Shown here one piece after another: positions 12,114 to 25,519 of a stretch of 64,000 nt of DNA. The notes under the pieces are model-generated. The model worked only from the letters and a program-made list of their open reading frames with translations, made no database searches and was not told where the DNA came from. The stretch's first letter is position 1, and every line of letters starts with the position of its first letter. A program made the translations under genes and the position numbers. The stretch comes from Sphyrna mokarran (lineage: Eukaryota): assembly GCA_024679065.1 (NCBI GenBank), contig JAGIQG010000040.1, forward strand, positions 3,844,001-3,908,000. The letters run 5' to 3'.

Positions 12114-15100
12114 ATAGAAACATCGAAACGGAGAAGATCGTAGCAGGAGGAGGCCATTCGGCCCTGCCAGCCCGCTCCGCCCTTCAGAGTTGGGCAATCA
12201 GAGTTGGTCTGATTGCCCAACTCAGCAGCCCAATCTTACTTTCTCCCCAAAACCTGTGATACCATTCGCCCTAAGTGCTATATCTAGCCACCTCTTGAAT
12301 ATATTCAATATTTTGGCATCTACTACTTCTTGTGGTAACGAATGGCTCATTACGCATTGGGTGAAAGAATATCTCTTCACCTCCGTCCTTAATGGTTTAC
12401 ATGAATCCTCAGACTGCGACTCCTGGTTCTAGATTCTGTCACCATCAGGAATATTCTCCCTGAATCCCTGTAAGTCTCAGATAACATTCCCCCCTCATTC
12501 GTCTGCACTCCAGCTGAAGCAGTCCTAACCTCCTCAATCTCTCCTCATACATCAGCTCCGCCATCCCGTCACTAACATCACTAGTGACAGTTATAGGACG
12601 GATATCAGAGGTAGGTTCTTTACCCAAAGGGTGGTTCTGGAGTGGAATGCCCTGCCTGCGGCAGTTGTAGATGCGCCAAGTTTGGTGGCGTTTAAGAGGT
12701 TAGTTGATAAGTATATGGAAGAGAAGGGAATGGTTTAGTTTGGAGGGGCATTGCTTTTTATATTGGTCGGCGCAACATCGAAGGCCGAAGGGCCTGTTCT
12801 GTGCTGTAATGTTCTATGTTCTATGTTCTATCCCCGGATTCAGCCTGGTAAAGCTTCACTGCAGTCCCTCGAGAGCAAAGAAATCCTTTCTCAGAAAAGG
12901 TGACAAAAACTGCATACAATATTCTAGGTGCGGCCTCACCAAATCCCTGTGTAATTGCAATAACACATCTCTGCTCCTTGCTCAAAACCTCTCGCAATGA
13001 AGGCCAACATGCCATTTGCCTTCTTTACTGTCTGCTGTATCTGCATGCTTAACTTCAGCGACTACTGAATAACGACGCCCAGACCTTGATGCAAATTCTC
13101 CTCCCCCAACTTATAGCCATTTAAGTAACTACCTGCTTTTTTGCTTTTGCTTCCAACGTTCACTTTTATCCAGATTAAACGGCATCTACCATTGATTTGA
13201 CAGCTCAGACAATCTGTCAAGATCAGAATGAAGGATCCTTGTCACAGCTCACCCTCCCATCCAACTTGATGTCATCTACAAATGTTGACTTGTTATATTT
13301 TGTTCCCTCGTCCAAATCACTAACATATATTGTGAATAGCTGGGGTTCCCATACTGATCACTCTTAAGACATGCTGCCTACCAATTTGTAAATGGCTTAT
13401 TAATTCCTACTCTTTGTTTCCTCTCTGTCAATCAGTTTTCTGTTGATTTAAGTGCACTTCCGCCAATTCCATGCACTTTAAATTTGCCTGATAATCTCTT
13501 ATATGAGACTTCGTCAAACAATTTCTTAAAATCCAAATATACCACATCGACTGGCTCCCTCTTGTCAACCCTATTCTGCACATCTTCAAAGGATTCCAAC
13601 AGATCTATCAAGCATGATGTCCCCTTCATAAATCCATGCGAACTCTGTCTAATCCTGCCACTGCTTTCAAAATATTCCGCTATAAATAATTGATGATGGA
13701 TTCGAAAGTTTTCCCCACTTTCGATGTTAGGCTTACTGGTCTATAAATCCCTGTTTTCTCTCTATCTCCTTTTTTGAATATATGAAACATTAGCTACTCT
13801 CCAACCTGCAGGGATGGTTCCAGAGTCTATATAATTCTTGAAGATTACGATAAATGCATGAACTATTTCTAGAGCCACTTCTGGGATGTACTCTGGAGTG
13901 TAGATAACGAGGCCCTGGGGATTTATCCACAATCAATCCCATCAATTTTCCTACCAACAGTTCTCTACTAATGTTCATCTCCCTCAGTTCTTCCCTCTCA
14001 CTTAATTTTGCATTCTCCAACATTTTTGGCATCTGATTTGTGTCCTCATTTGTAAAGATAGAACAAATGTATGTATTCAGTTGGTCAGCCATTTCTTTGT
14101 CCCCTATTATACATTCCTTCATCTCTGTCTGTAGCCGTTCTACATTTAGTTTCAGTCTTTATGTTGCCTGTAACCTTACTGTATTTTCCCTTTGTTAATC
14201 AATCCCTTCGCGCTTTTTTGCTGATTCTAAACTTCTCCCAATCCTTAGACTTATTATTAGTGTTCTTGGCCAATCTCTATGCTTCTTCCTTGAGTCAGGT
14301 ACTATCTCTAATTCCCTTAGTAAGCCATGGATTGGCGCTCTTCGTTTATTGCTTTTGTGCCAGGCAGGAATAAACAGTTACTAAAGTTCCCCCATGCGTT
14401 CCTTGAATGTCTGCCGTTGCCTATCCATTGTCATCTCTTTAAGTATCTCTCCCCAATCTATGAAAGCTAAATCAAATCTCATATCTTCATCAAGATTCAG
14501 CACAGTAGTCTCCAAGTCAACTACTTCACTCTCCATCTTGATAAAAAAATTCTGTCATGTTATGTTCACTCATTCCAAAGTGTCTCCCACAGCTAGATTG
14601 GTAATTATTACCTTCTCACGATACAGTACTCAGTCTAAGGTGGGCTGCTCCCTAGTTGGTTCCTTCACATATTGATCAGGGAAACCATCTTGTATCCACT
14701 CCAGGAATTCCTCCTCTACGGCATTGTGGCTAGTTTGATTTGTTCAATCAACATACAGATTAAAATCATCCCTGATCACCGATATTCCCACATCACTGCA
14801 TCACCAATTTCGTGTTTAATGCATTTCCAACATCACCACTGCAATTTCGGTGTCTATATATGACTGACGCTTTCTGTCCCTTGATATCTCTCAGCTCTAT
14901 AATGTATAGATTCCACATTATCAGAGCTAATATTATTTAGAACATAGAACTTAGAACATTACAACACAGAACAGGCCCTTCGGCCTTCGATGTTGCGCCG
15001 ACCAATTAAGAAAAAGCAATGACCTTACAACCTAAACCATTCCCTTTTCGTCCATAAACTTATCCACTAACCTCTTAAATGCCACCAAACTTGGCGCATC

Positions 15101-15490
15101 TACAACTGCCGCAGGCAGGGCATTCTATACCCTAACCACCCTCTGGGTAAAGAACCTACCTCTGATATCCGTTCTATAACTACCATCCCTTAATTTAAAG
15201 GTATGTCCCCTCGTGCTAGCTTTCTCCATCCTCGGAAAAAATTTCTCACCAGTGTGTTAATTTCCTCTTTAACCAGCAGTGCCACTCCACTATCTTTTCC
15301 TTTATGCCCACCCTTCCTAAATACTGAATAACCTGGGACATTCAATTCCTATCCCTTGTCACCCTGTAGCTATGACTCCGTAATCCCAATTATATTGCAC
15401 CATTTACATCTATCTGCTTGATTAGTTCATCCACATTATTGCAAGTGCTCCACGCATTAAGCCACAGTGCCTTTAAACTTGCCTTTTTAA
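12114..15490 (-). mobile_element. Long decayed CR1 ORF2 (endonuclease to 3' end), with young CR1 3' fragments nested at ~12590-12830 (+) and ~14939-15240 (-)
   Basis: Fragments LKALWLNAWSTCNNVDEL, DKSPGPRYLHSRV, VDVVYLDFKK and MYEERLRRLGLLQLE occur in CR1 order. Confidence 0.85.
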
Positions 15491-15699
15491 CATTGATTGC
15501 CTGTTTCCCAGTATTCTTCTCTATAGCCCTTTTTGAAGTTTGCGTTTGGTTTCTCTGCTGATCATTTTTCTTGTTTCCTTTCCTATCTCTTGTTTTTGTC
15601 CTTGTTCTCTCTTTCCCTGACTCCTTACATAGGTTCCCAATCACATAGTATCTTAGTTTCATTGGTTGACCTTGCATCATTCTGAGGTGGTGAAAGTGG

Positions 15700-16010
15700 A
15701 AGGAGGCAATGGCCTAGTGATATTATTGCTAGATTATTAATCCAGTAAATCAACAAGTGTTCTGGGTTCAAATCACGCCACAGCAGATGGTCGAATTTGA
15801 ATTCAATAATCTGGAATTAAGAATCTACTGTTGATGATGAAAAACCAGTGTTGGAAAAACCCATCTGGTTGATTAATGTCCTTGAGAGAAAGAAATCTGC
15901 CATTCTTATCTGATCGGGCCTGTACGTGCAATTTTGTGGATTCTCAAGGGCAATTGGGAATGGATAATAAATTCTGGCCAGCCAACGGTGCCCATATCCC
16001 ACGAATGAAT
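15700..16010 (+). mobile_element. tRNA-derived DeuSINE/SacSINE1-like element; related copies at ~1-60, 25050-25350, 33810-34130, 59320-59620
   Basis: tRNA-like head (tggcctagtg...gggttcaaatc) and a recurring core aaacccatctggtt.a.taatgtcctt.ag.gaa.gaaatctgcc. Confidence 0.6.
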
Positions 16011-16612
16011 AGAAAATAGCCCCCTTTTGGAAAATGAGCACGTTGATTCAATTAAACATAAACGCACCTTTCAGACTCAACATGTCTGTTTATCTCTTCG
16101 AAATCTAACAGGATTATGACAATAAGAACATATAATGCTGGGAAAAACCACAGCAGGTCAGGCAGCAACTGGAAGGAGAGAAAGTTTAGCTAACAAATTA
16201 AATACTATTGAATTGTATTTCTTTTCTGCCAGGTGTTGAGGCGTCACTGGTAAGGCCATGTTGCAAATTTCTGTTAAGCCATTTCAGAGATTGGCAGAGC
16301 AGGCGCAAAGTGCTGAATAGCCTTCCCTTGATTCTATGTTACCTACATCTGGTGCGGGGGGAGGATGTGGATAGTTATATTTGACCAGTGTCTACCTTGG
16401 CTCAGAAGTTCTTCACTTTGATAAAATCTTAGTGCATCCAAGGAGGCAATTCGGCCCATTTAGCCTGTGATGGTGGGGAGGGGGAAGATACATATTTATC
16501 TGTTACCTACAGCGAATCAGTCACTGTTCCAGATTTGCTTTTGCCGTGAATTGTCTGAAATCTGAAGCAGCTATCTCAATAGAAGGTTTCTGTCTAAGCA
16601 ATTCTTACAGTG

Positions 16613-16661
16613 TATGATAAGCTAACGTTCGGCAGCGGCACCCAGGTGACAGTTGTGCCAA
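16613..16661 (+). CDS. TRDJ: TCR delta J segment 7, YDKLTFGSGTQVTVVP
   Basis: GGTTTCTGT(16585-16593)-12-TACAGTG(16606-16612); FGSG; donor GTGAGT at 16662. Confidence 0.93.
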
Positions 16662-17428
16662 GTGAGTATGAAGTCAGTTTGTTTTTATTCTTTCAGTCCA
16701 CATCTCCTCTGTAATCTAGTTTTCTGTTGTAAGTAGTCTAGTCGAGTTGGGCAGAGTGCCAATACAATATGTAGCATGCAGGCGAAGAGATTGCACAGTT
16801 TTGAGTCAATTTTGATCTAGCTCAGCTTACCCAGGCATTCGAGCTCCATGGGATAGGAGTTGGGGCTGCAAGCCTCAGTAATATGATATTGAACTAAGAA
16901 GCAGATTTGTGCCCTGTTAACGCGTTAGGAAGATTCAATCCAGAAAAATGACCAAAAAGAAAGAGGGGAGACGAATAAGTATCAGTGTTCTGTTTAAACC
17001 TTTGTAATTGTGAATTACATAGGCCTTTTATTCTCTTGGTGAAAAATAAATTTTCCTCATATTATTCCCACATCCGTTGACTATGAACGCTGGTTCTGGA
17101 CCCTGTCGTCATCCTACATCTACCCTGCCTAATCCTGCATTATGGGTTTTAATGAGATCTTCCCCTTCTGCCTCTCTTCTTCTGAACGCCAGAATATAAA
17201 GTCCTAACCGACTCAATCTCCCCTCATATATCATTCCTGCCATTCCAGAATTTGACGCTGCACTCCCTCTTTAGCAAGAACGTCCTTCCTCCGATATTGT
17301 TCTGCATATGTTTCTGGAGGCAATAATGAATCAGCTGTGAAAGCAAATCGAATCATAAAAACCTTAGCATGAAACACATTGCTATTCATGTGGGTTATGT
17401 CGGTTTTGTACTATCTGGTATCACTGTG

Positions 17429-17479
17429 CAACTAGAAAGCTTATCTTTGGCAGTGGAACCAAACTCACTGTAGAACCCA
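17429..17479 (+). CDS. TRDJ: TCR delta J segment 8, TRKLIFGSGTKLTVEP
   Basis: CGGTTTTGT(17401-17409)-12-CACTGTG(17422-17428); FGSG; donor GTAAGT at 17480. Confidence 0.94.
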
Positions 17480-20400
17480 GTAAGTGAAACGATTCTCTGC
17501 ACTTTGTGTCTGGTTATAGTTTAAGAAAGTAATTTCAAATTATAATCCACCTGTAATGAATCTTTGTCCCGTAATAGCTACTGTTGAATTGATGGGAGGG
17601 ACAGAGGACGAGCGAGAGAGGAGTGAAAAATTAAAATGTTCTGACAACTCTGTGTTAGAATTTACAAATAGCAAATTATTAGGCTCCTACAACGACGGAG
17701 GAGACCGTTAGGCCCACCGCTCTTGCTTCAGAACAATAGAATTATCATTATTAGTTTTACAGAACAGAAAGAAGCCTTGCGGCCCACTGTGCCTGCTCTA
17801 ATCATTAAACCCCTATCTATCCCAATCGCATTTTTCAGCACTTGGTTGTAGCCTTGTATGCTACGGCATAAATAATCTTTGAACTTGCATGCAAAGATCC
17901 CTCTGATTCTCTGCATTTTCTCACGTCCTACAGTTCATTTTACATTCCCTGCCTTGTTACCCCTCGCAAAATGCATCACCTCACACTTTTCAGATTTAAA
18001 TTCCGTTTGCCACTGGTCTACCTCTCTGACCAGCTCGCCCATATCGCCCTGTAACCTTTGCAAGTCAGTGACATTTAACCTCACAGGAAAAACATGTGTG
18101 CATCCTTGGCTTGACTTGGTGTGAAATTTATATCCAGCTCTCCAGAAATAATGCATATTAAATATCTTTCTTCTGTCCTCTGCGAGGTAAATATGATTCA
18201 GCTTCTGCAATGCCAAGCTTCTGTCTTGGAAAATGTTCCTGCACATTTACTAATCACTACAGTGAGACACCCACACTCTTCAATGAAATATGTGACCAGT
18301 AAGGATAAACTTACTTAATGTCATTATCTGCTGTGTGATGGACAGGGAGCTAGCATTATGTGGGAAGGCAATTGAGGACATTGCACTGATATAATGAATT
18401 TGCGCCGCTGAATATCCAGCTCAGCTCCTCCTAAAATTGTAGTGTGCAGTTTTTCTAGCTCCAGACCTTAAGTGATGTCATATTGGACTCACAAAGTGTA
18501 ATTTCATTTTCCTTTCTTGATGTGGGCATTTCTAATTGCCCACTGGGCAATTTCAGATTCCACAACGTTGCTTCTTGGATCCAAACAGCTGACAGCCTAT
18601 TTCCTTCCCCAAAGGAAGTGTTGATCCAAATGGGCATTTACAACCCATGGTAGATGTCCTATTTTCATTCACAAACTTGGCAATAGTAAATTCACTTTTT
18701 TATCCAAGTCATTATGTAGATTGTAAATTATTGTGGCTCGAGGATTGACCACTGAGGCATTCACTTGCAACAGATTGTTATCCTGAAAATACTCCTCTTA
18801 TACCAACTCTCTGTATCGATTAGCCAATCCTCTATTCATGCGAGTATATTACTCAAAAAGCATGAGCTCTGAATTAGCCCTTTGTCCAAGATCTTATAAA
18901 AAGCTTTTTGCTGCAAAGATAAGATGCCAACCATTGAATGGCAATGCCTTTTTTAGGGCATTGGTCCATAGTTGCCGTAGTTCTTACTTGAGGCTACATT
19001 TCGATCAATTTATTTGAAATTGCTCCAAGTGCTGGGATGGGAATTGAACGTATTTCTTCTGGGGAATTAGCCTAAATGCCTGTTCTACTAATCCAATGGT
19101 ACTGCCATTTCGCTGCAACCATCCCATAAAGTTACATGAAGAATGTTTAGTGACAGTTTCAATAAAAAGTTTGTTAGAGTCGATATCACAGTGATGAATT
19201 TTGTGTTGTAAGCTTTATGAAAGAAGTAATATTCAGTGCCATCACTCAGCACTGTCCTTCATGGAGATATATAGTGTAGAGAAAGATAGAAAATAGGAAC
19301 ATGAGTAGGCCATTCGACAGTTAGACCCTGCTCTGCCATTCGACACAACAATGACTGACCCTGTAACTCAACACTATACTAGCCTTCTCCTCATAATTCT
19401 TGAAGGCTTTAGAGTATATTAACATATTTCCTTTTAAAATGTACTCACTGACTTCGCATCCACAAACTTCTGTGGTAGACAACTACAGTTTTATCAACCT
19501 CTAAATGAAGATTTTTTTCCTCATCTCAGACTTAAATATCAACCCTGTACACTGAAACTTTGATCCCTTTTTCTCGATCCCACCCCGCCAAAAAAACAAC
19601 AAAATGCCTGCCTCCCGTCTGCTCATCCCTGCTAGAATTCTATACATTTCAATGACATCACCTCGCATGTTCTAAACTCCACATGAATACAGATGCAATC
19701 GCCTCTCTAAAATGACAATCCTGCCATTCCAAGAATTAGTCTAGTGTGCTTTTTTCTGCACTCTTTTTATTCCAAGTGTATTCTTTCTTCGGTAAGGAAA
19801 CCAAAATTGCACACAATATTAGCAATATTATCGTCAAAAAAGGTATCGTCAAAATTGGATTTAGGAAATGTTTTAATGGAAGAATGTGAGATATATGTGG
19901 CAAAATGTTTCCTGATTTCGCCCTCGAAAGCCTTAAACATTAAAAATCGTTTAAAATCCAATTTGCTGAAATAAATCTTGAACTCCCCAAACAGTAGCAA
20001 ACGTTCCTGTTTATCAACCTTCTCCGTTTGGGAATGATTAACTCACTCCTTAACTATATTCCAGCGTTTTAGAGTTAAACATCATTAATTAGTGTTAATC
20101 GGGCTCTCTCAACATATATACAGCTTACAGAGTAAAATGTCTTCTCCTCCTACTCTGTTCATGGATTTTTTTGAATGCTGATTTTTAGTTTTACGAGAAA
20201 CAGAATATAAATGTTGCCAGCTCTGATTGTGAACTCTTCTTTATTTCAATAATTGATCTCAGATCTTCACATTGAAACATAAATATTAAGACCCGAATGT
20301 ATTTTTCAGTGTCTCACTGTCTGTGCATTAAGACATTCATTGATTAATCCTTAGTCTTAGCATATGGACATTTATTAATAACATGGTTCATTGATTTTTA

Positions 20401-21426
20401 ATTCTGAGGTGCGTTAACTTACATTTCCCTGCATTGAAAACATCCATTAGTTTTATCCATTCACCAAATATTAATATTTCTTTGCAAATTGATGCTTCCA
20501 GCTATACTGCTTACAATGCCATTTTTGTGTCATTTACAAACTAACGTATTCAGCATTCTATCACATTCAATCGCATTGTCTTAATAAATGCAACCAAACT
20601 GCATATCATTCTGTATAGATATATGTGCGTATTTGTGTGTGTGTGTACTTGTGCGTGAGTGTGTTTGTACGCCTGCATGCTCCTATGTCCATACCTGTCT
20701 GTATGAGTATCTGCGGCATGTATATGTATTCAAATTTCGAAGCAGAATAGGAGCAGGTATGGCAAATTAGCCCATCTATACTGATCGAATATTCAAATTG
20801 ATCATGGCACAGTCACACACGAGTATACACCCACATTAATATTTTATTATATATAAACGTAGCATTTGCCTTCCTCATTGTTTGCTGCACCTATATGCTA
20901 GATTTTAGTTACGTGGAAGTCAACTCTTTTCAACGTCGCACTATATAAGAAATATTCTATATTTCTTTGTTTTTTCCAACTATAGTGGATAACTTCATAC
21001 TTAGTCACTTTTTATCTCATCTGCTATGTCTTGCACACTCAGTCAGCTTGTCCAAATTCCTTTGAAACCCCCATTACATCCTCCTGTCCATTTTTCCTTT
21101 GTCATCAGCAAGGTTTGAACTATTTCATTCGGTCCCATGTCAAGTTTCTACGTGTGTTTCAGTCTCTGTGTTAATTTCTTGGCATGCCTGCCTCTCAATA
21201 CCTCAGTCTGTGTGTCTCTGGATGTCTCTAGATCTGTGTGTGTGTGTTTGTGTGTGTGTGTGCGCGCCTGTGCGCCTTATGATTATACTTGTCTACGTGA
21301 GTGTCTTTGGCATGCAAATGTACTTCATTCTTAAAGAAACATAAGAGCAGGAGTAGGCCATTTGGCCAACAAATAATGCTCCAACATTCCAACAGATCAT
21401 GGTGCACACATACGTGCGCACACACA

Positions 21427-21465
<39 letters not shown>

Positions 21466-21909
21466 GTACACTCATATTCCTATTTTATTAGAGAAATGTG
21501 TGGCATTTGTCTTCCACGTGTCTTGCTGTGTCTACATGCAGGTTTTTAGTGACCCATGAACAAGGACATTCTCTGGCAACAACTCTGTCCAATCTCGCAC
21601 CGCTTAGGAACTATTCTGCCTTTCTAATGTTTTATTTCCTGGCAGAGTGGATAACTTCACACATATTCAGTTTTTATTCCATCTGCCATGTCATTGTCCG
21701 TTGACTCAGCCCGTACCAATCCCCTTCAAGTCATACATGTATCCTCCTCACCATTAGCTGTGTGTCATCAGTAAGATTGGAAATATTTTATTCGGGCCCC
21801 AAAATCTATTCAGTTTGTTTTTGTGTCTTACTCAATGTCTCAGCATGTCTCTCTATGTGTGTATCTGGGCATGACTACCTCGAAATGCATGTGTGGAAAT
21901 GCATGGGTG

Positions 21910-22269
21910 TCATAGAGTCATAGAATCAAAGGTTTACAAAATGAAAACAGGACTTTGGCCCAACTTGTTCATGCTGCCTTTTTATTATGCTCTGAACCAG
22001 TCCTAATTGCCGGCATTTGGCCATGTCCCTCTATTCCCATCTTACCCAAATAACTATCTAAATGCTTTTTAAAAGACAAAATTATACCCGTCTCTACTAG
22101 TACCACTGGTATCTTGTTCCAGACATTCACCATCTTCTGTGTGAAAAAAATGCCCCTCTGGGCACTTCTGCATCTCTTTCTCTCTCACTCTCTCACTCTC
22201 TCACTTTAAACCTATGCCCTCTAATCACTCTCAATATCTCAATATCTGTTTGTCTTCTTGTGTCTCTAG

Positions 22270-22302
<33 letters not shown>

Positions 22303-24330
22303 CACCTTTGCCTGTATGTGCTTGTCTTTGTGAGTGTCAACGGCGTGCAAATATACTTCATTCTCAAAGGAACATAAGAGCATTGTAAGCCATTTGGCCC
22401 GCAAATAATGCTCCAACATCCAAACAAACCATGGTGCACACATATGCGCGCGCGCGTGCGCGCACACACACACACATAGACGAGTACACTCATATTCTTA
22501 TTTTATTAGACAGATAATGTAGCATTTGCAGAATCCCCTAACTTTAGGAAAAGATATTGACTATCTAGCAGATCTGTACCCCTCATTATTTTATAGACGT
22601 GTATGGGGTCACCACTCAGCTTTCAACGCTCCAGAGAAAAAAGTCCCAACCTCTCCTTATAGCTCCGGCAGCATCCTAGAAAATATTTTCTGCACATTTT
22701 CTAGTTTAATAATACCCTTTAGAACATAGAACATAGAACAATACAGCACAGAACAGGCCCTTCGGCCTTCGATGTTGTGCCGACCAAAATAAAAAAGCAA
22801 TGCCCCTCCTAACTAAATCATTCCCTTCTCTTCCATATACTTATCAACTAACCTCTTAAACGCCACCAAACTTGGCGCATCTACAACAGCTGCAGGCAGG
22901 GCATTCCACTCCCTAATCACTCTTTGAGTAAAGAACCTACCTCTGATATCCGTCCTATAACTCATACCCCTTAATTTAAAGCTGTGTCCCCTCGTGCTAG
23001 CTTTCTCCATCCTAGGAAAAAGGCTATCACTGTCCACCCTATCTAAACCTTTAATCATCTTATATGCTTCAATAAGATCCCCTCTTAGCCGCCTCCTTTC
23101 TAACGAAAACAACCTCAAATCCTTCAACCTCTCCTCATAGGACCTGCCCTCCATACCAGGCAACATCCTGGTAAACCTCCTCTGTACCCTCTCCAACCAG
23201 GGCTGTACACAATATTCAAAGTTGGCCTTACCAATGTCTTACACAACTTCAACAAGGCGTCCCAACTCCGGTATTCAATGTTCTGACCAATGAAACTAAG
23301 CATGCTGAATGCTGTCATCACCATTCTGTCCACTTGTGGGCAGAGGAACTATGAACCGATGCCCCTAGATCTCTTTGTTCTGTAACTCTTCCCAAAGCCT
23401 TACCATTAACTGAGTAAGTCCTGCCTTTGTTCAATCTACCAAAATGCCTCACCTCTCATTTATCTAAATTGAACTCCATCTGTCAGTCGACAACTCACTG
23501 GCTCAATTGATCAGGATCCCATTGCAATCTGAAATAACCTTCTTCACTGTCCACTCTGCACAAATCTTGGTGTAATCAGCAAACTTACGAACCATGCCTC
23601 CTATATTCTCATCCAAATCATTAATATAGATGACAAATAACACTGGACCGAACACTGATCCCTGAGACCCACCGCTGGTCACCAGCCTCCAGTTTGAAAA
23701 ACAACTCTGTACAACAACTCTCTAGTTTCTGTCATCACCAGTTTTGTATCCATTTACCTTTCTCACATAATTTTATGCAACAACCTACCATGTGATACCT
23801 TGTCAAAAATCCATATAGACAACAACTGCACTGTCCTCACCAGCCTTCTTGGCTATCCCTTAAAAAAACTCAATCAAATTTGTAAGAAATGATTTTCCAC
23901 TCACAAAGCCATGCTGACTGCCCCTAGTCAATCCTTTCATCTCTAAATGCCTGTAGATCCTGTCTCTTAAAATATGTTCCGAAACTTAACCACTACAGAT
24001 GTCGGGCTCAATGGCTTGTCGTTCTCAGGCTTTTCCCTGCAGCCTTTTTTTTAAACAAAGACACAATATTTGCTGCCCTCTAATCTTCAGCACCTCACCT
24101 GTGACTCTGCTCAGGGACCCGCAAATTCCTCCCTAGCCTCCACAATATCCTGGGATATATTTCATCAGGTCCAGGGGATTTATCTCCCTCAATACGCTTT
24201 ATGACTTCCACACCTCCTTCTCTGTAATATGTACAATCCTCAAGACATCACTATTTATTTCCCAGTTTCCTAATATCCATGCTTTTCTCAACAGTAAATA
24301 CTGATGAGAAATTTTCATTTAGGATCTCAC
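21910..24330 (-). mobile_element. Decayed CR1 LINE with a young CR1 3' end nested at ~22720-23195
   Basis: ORF 22813-23196 (young family, AGAACAT tail), ORF 23124-23333, and further decayed RT sequence to ~24330. Confidence 0.85.
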
Positions 24331-24332
24331 CC

Positions 24333-24390
<58 letters not shown>

Positions 24391-24448
24391 GTATTTGTGC
24401 ACATTTTTCTGTGCATGTATGTATGTCTGTGTATGTGCCCGGGCATTG

Positions 24449-24493
<45 letters not shown>

Positions 24494-24712
24494 AGAGAGA
24501 AGGAGAGAGAGAGAGAGGCATCACTCCTCAGCCTCCTCTGTGCCGAGGGAAAAAGGCCAAACTTATCCAGTCTCAGCATTCGGTAAATTAATGGAGAAAC
24601 TTACATATTGTTAAGACACAGAAAAAAATGCAGTCTAATCGAATGTCATAGCATGTTGGAGGAGGCACCCTGTTGGGTTCTGACTCTTTCCTTTCATTTC
24701 TACAATTTTCAG

Positions 24713-25024
24713 AGGCGAGAGACCCGCAAAAACCAAAATTGAGCGTCTTTTATCCGCCAGTGCCACCGGATGCCTCCAACATCAACACAGCTGCAGTATG
24801 CTTAGCCTCGGACTTCTCCCCCAAGGAAATCGAGCTCTCCCTGTACACGGGATCCGGCCAGGAGGTCAATGTGACAAGATCCAATGTCCTATTGGAGAGC
24901 GGGAATTACAGGAGCTCGGGTTTCCTGCCTTTCCGCCAACTCGAGATATCGCCAAACATCACGTGCAAGGCATTTCACAATAATCATAGTTACTCAATAA
25001 ACATCTCACCCACAGCTCAAATTG
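24713..25024 (+). CDS. TRDC: TCR delta constant region exon 1 (Ig C1 domain)
   Basis: Acceptor ttttcAG at 24711-12; ARDPQKPKLSVFYPP..AAVCLASDFSPKEIELS..SSGFLPF..NITCKAFHN; 312 bp, phase 1-1; donor GTAAGT at 25025. It follows a D segment and J cluster and resembles shark C-delta as recalled. Confidence 0.95.
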
Positions 25025-25519
25025 GTAAGTTCATTTTATTTTCATTCATGTGATGTGGGTGTCGTTGCCATGGCCACCATGTATTGCCCATCCTAAATTG
25101 CCCTTCGCAGAAGATATTTAAGAGTCACATGCCAGCCAGACCATGTACGGACAACACATTTCCTTCCCTAAAGGACATTAGTGAACCAGATGAGTTTTAA
25201 CGATAATCAACAATTGTTTCATGATTATCATTAGACTTTTAATTCTATTTTTAAGAAATATTCAAGTTTCACATTTACAATACCCAGATCTGTATCCTGG
25301 GTCACTGGATTGTTAGCCCAGTGACAATGCCACTGAGCCACTGCCTCCTCTAAGAAGCTTTTGTGATTGGAAGATCGTCCACCAAAATATTATCCAACTT
25401 TTTAACGACGGAAGGACTCTTGTGTCATCGTCACTCAAAATGTAATCTTTTTGAAAGGTTAGCCGACTAATGACTGAAGGTCTCTGGATTTTACGGCATG
25501 AGTTCTTCAGTGTCTCAGA

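Noticed and set aside
18258-18303. TACAGTG...CCA|GTAAG as a possible J
   Set aside because: No FGxG motif and no convincing nonamer.
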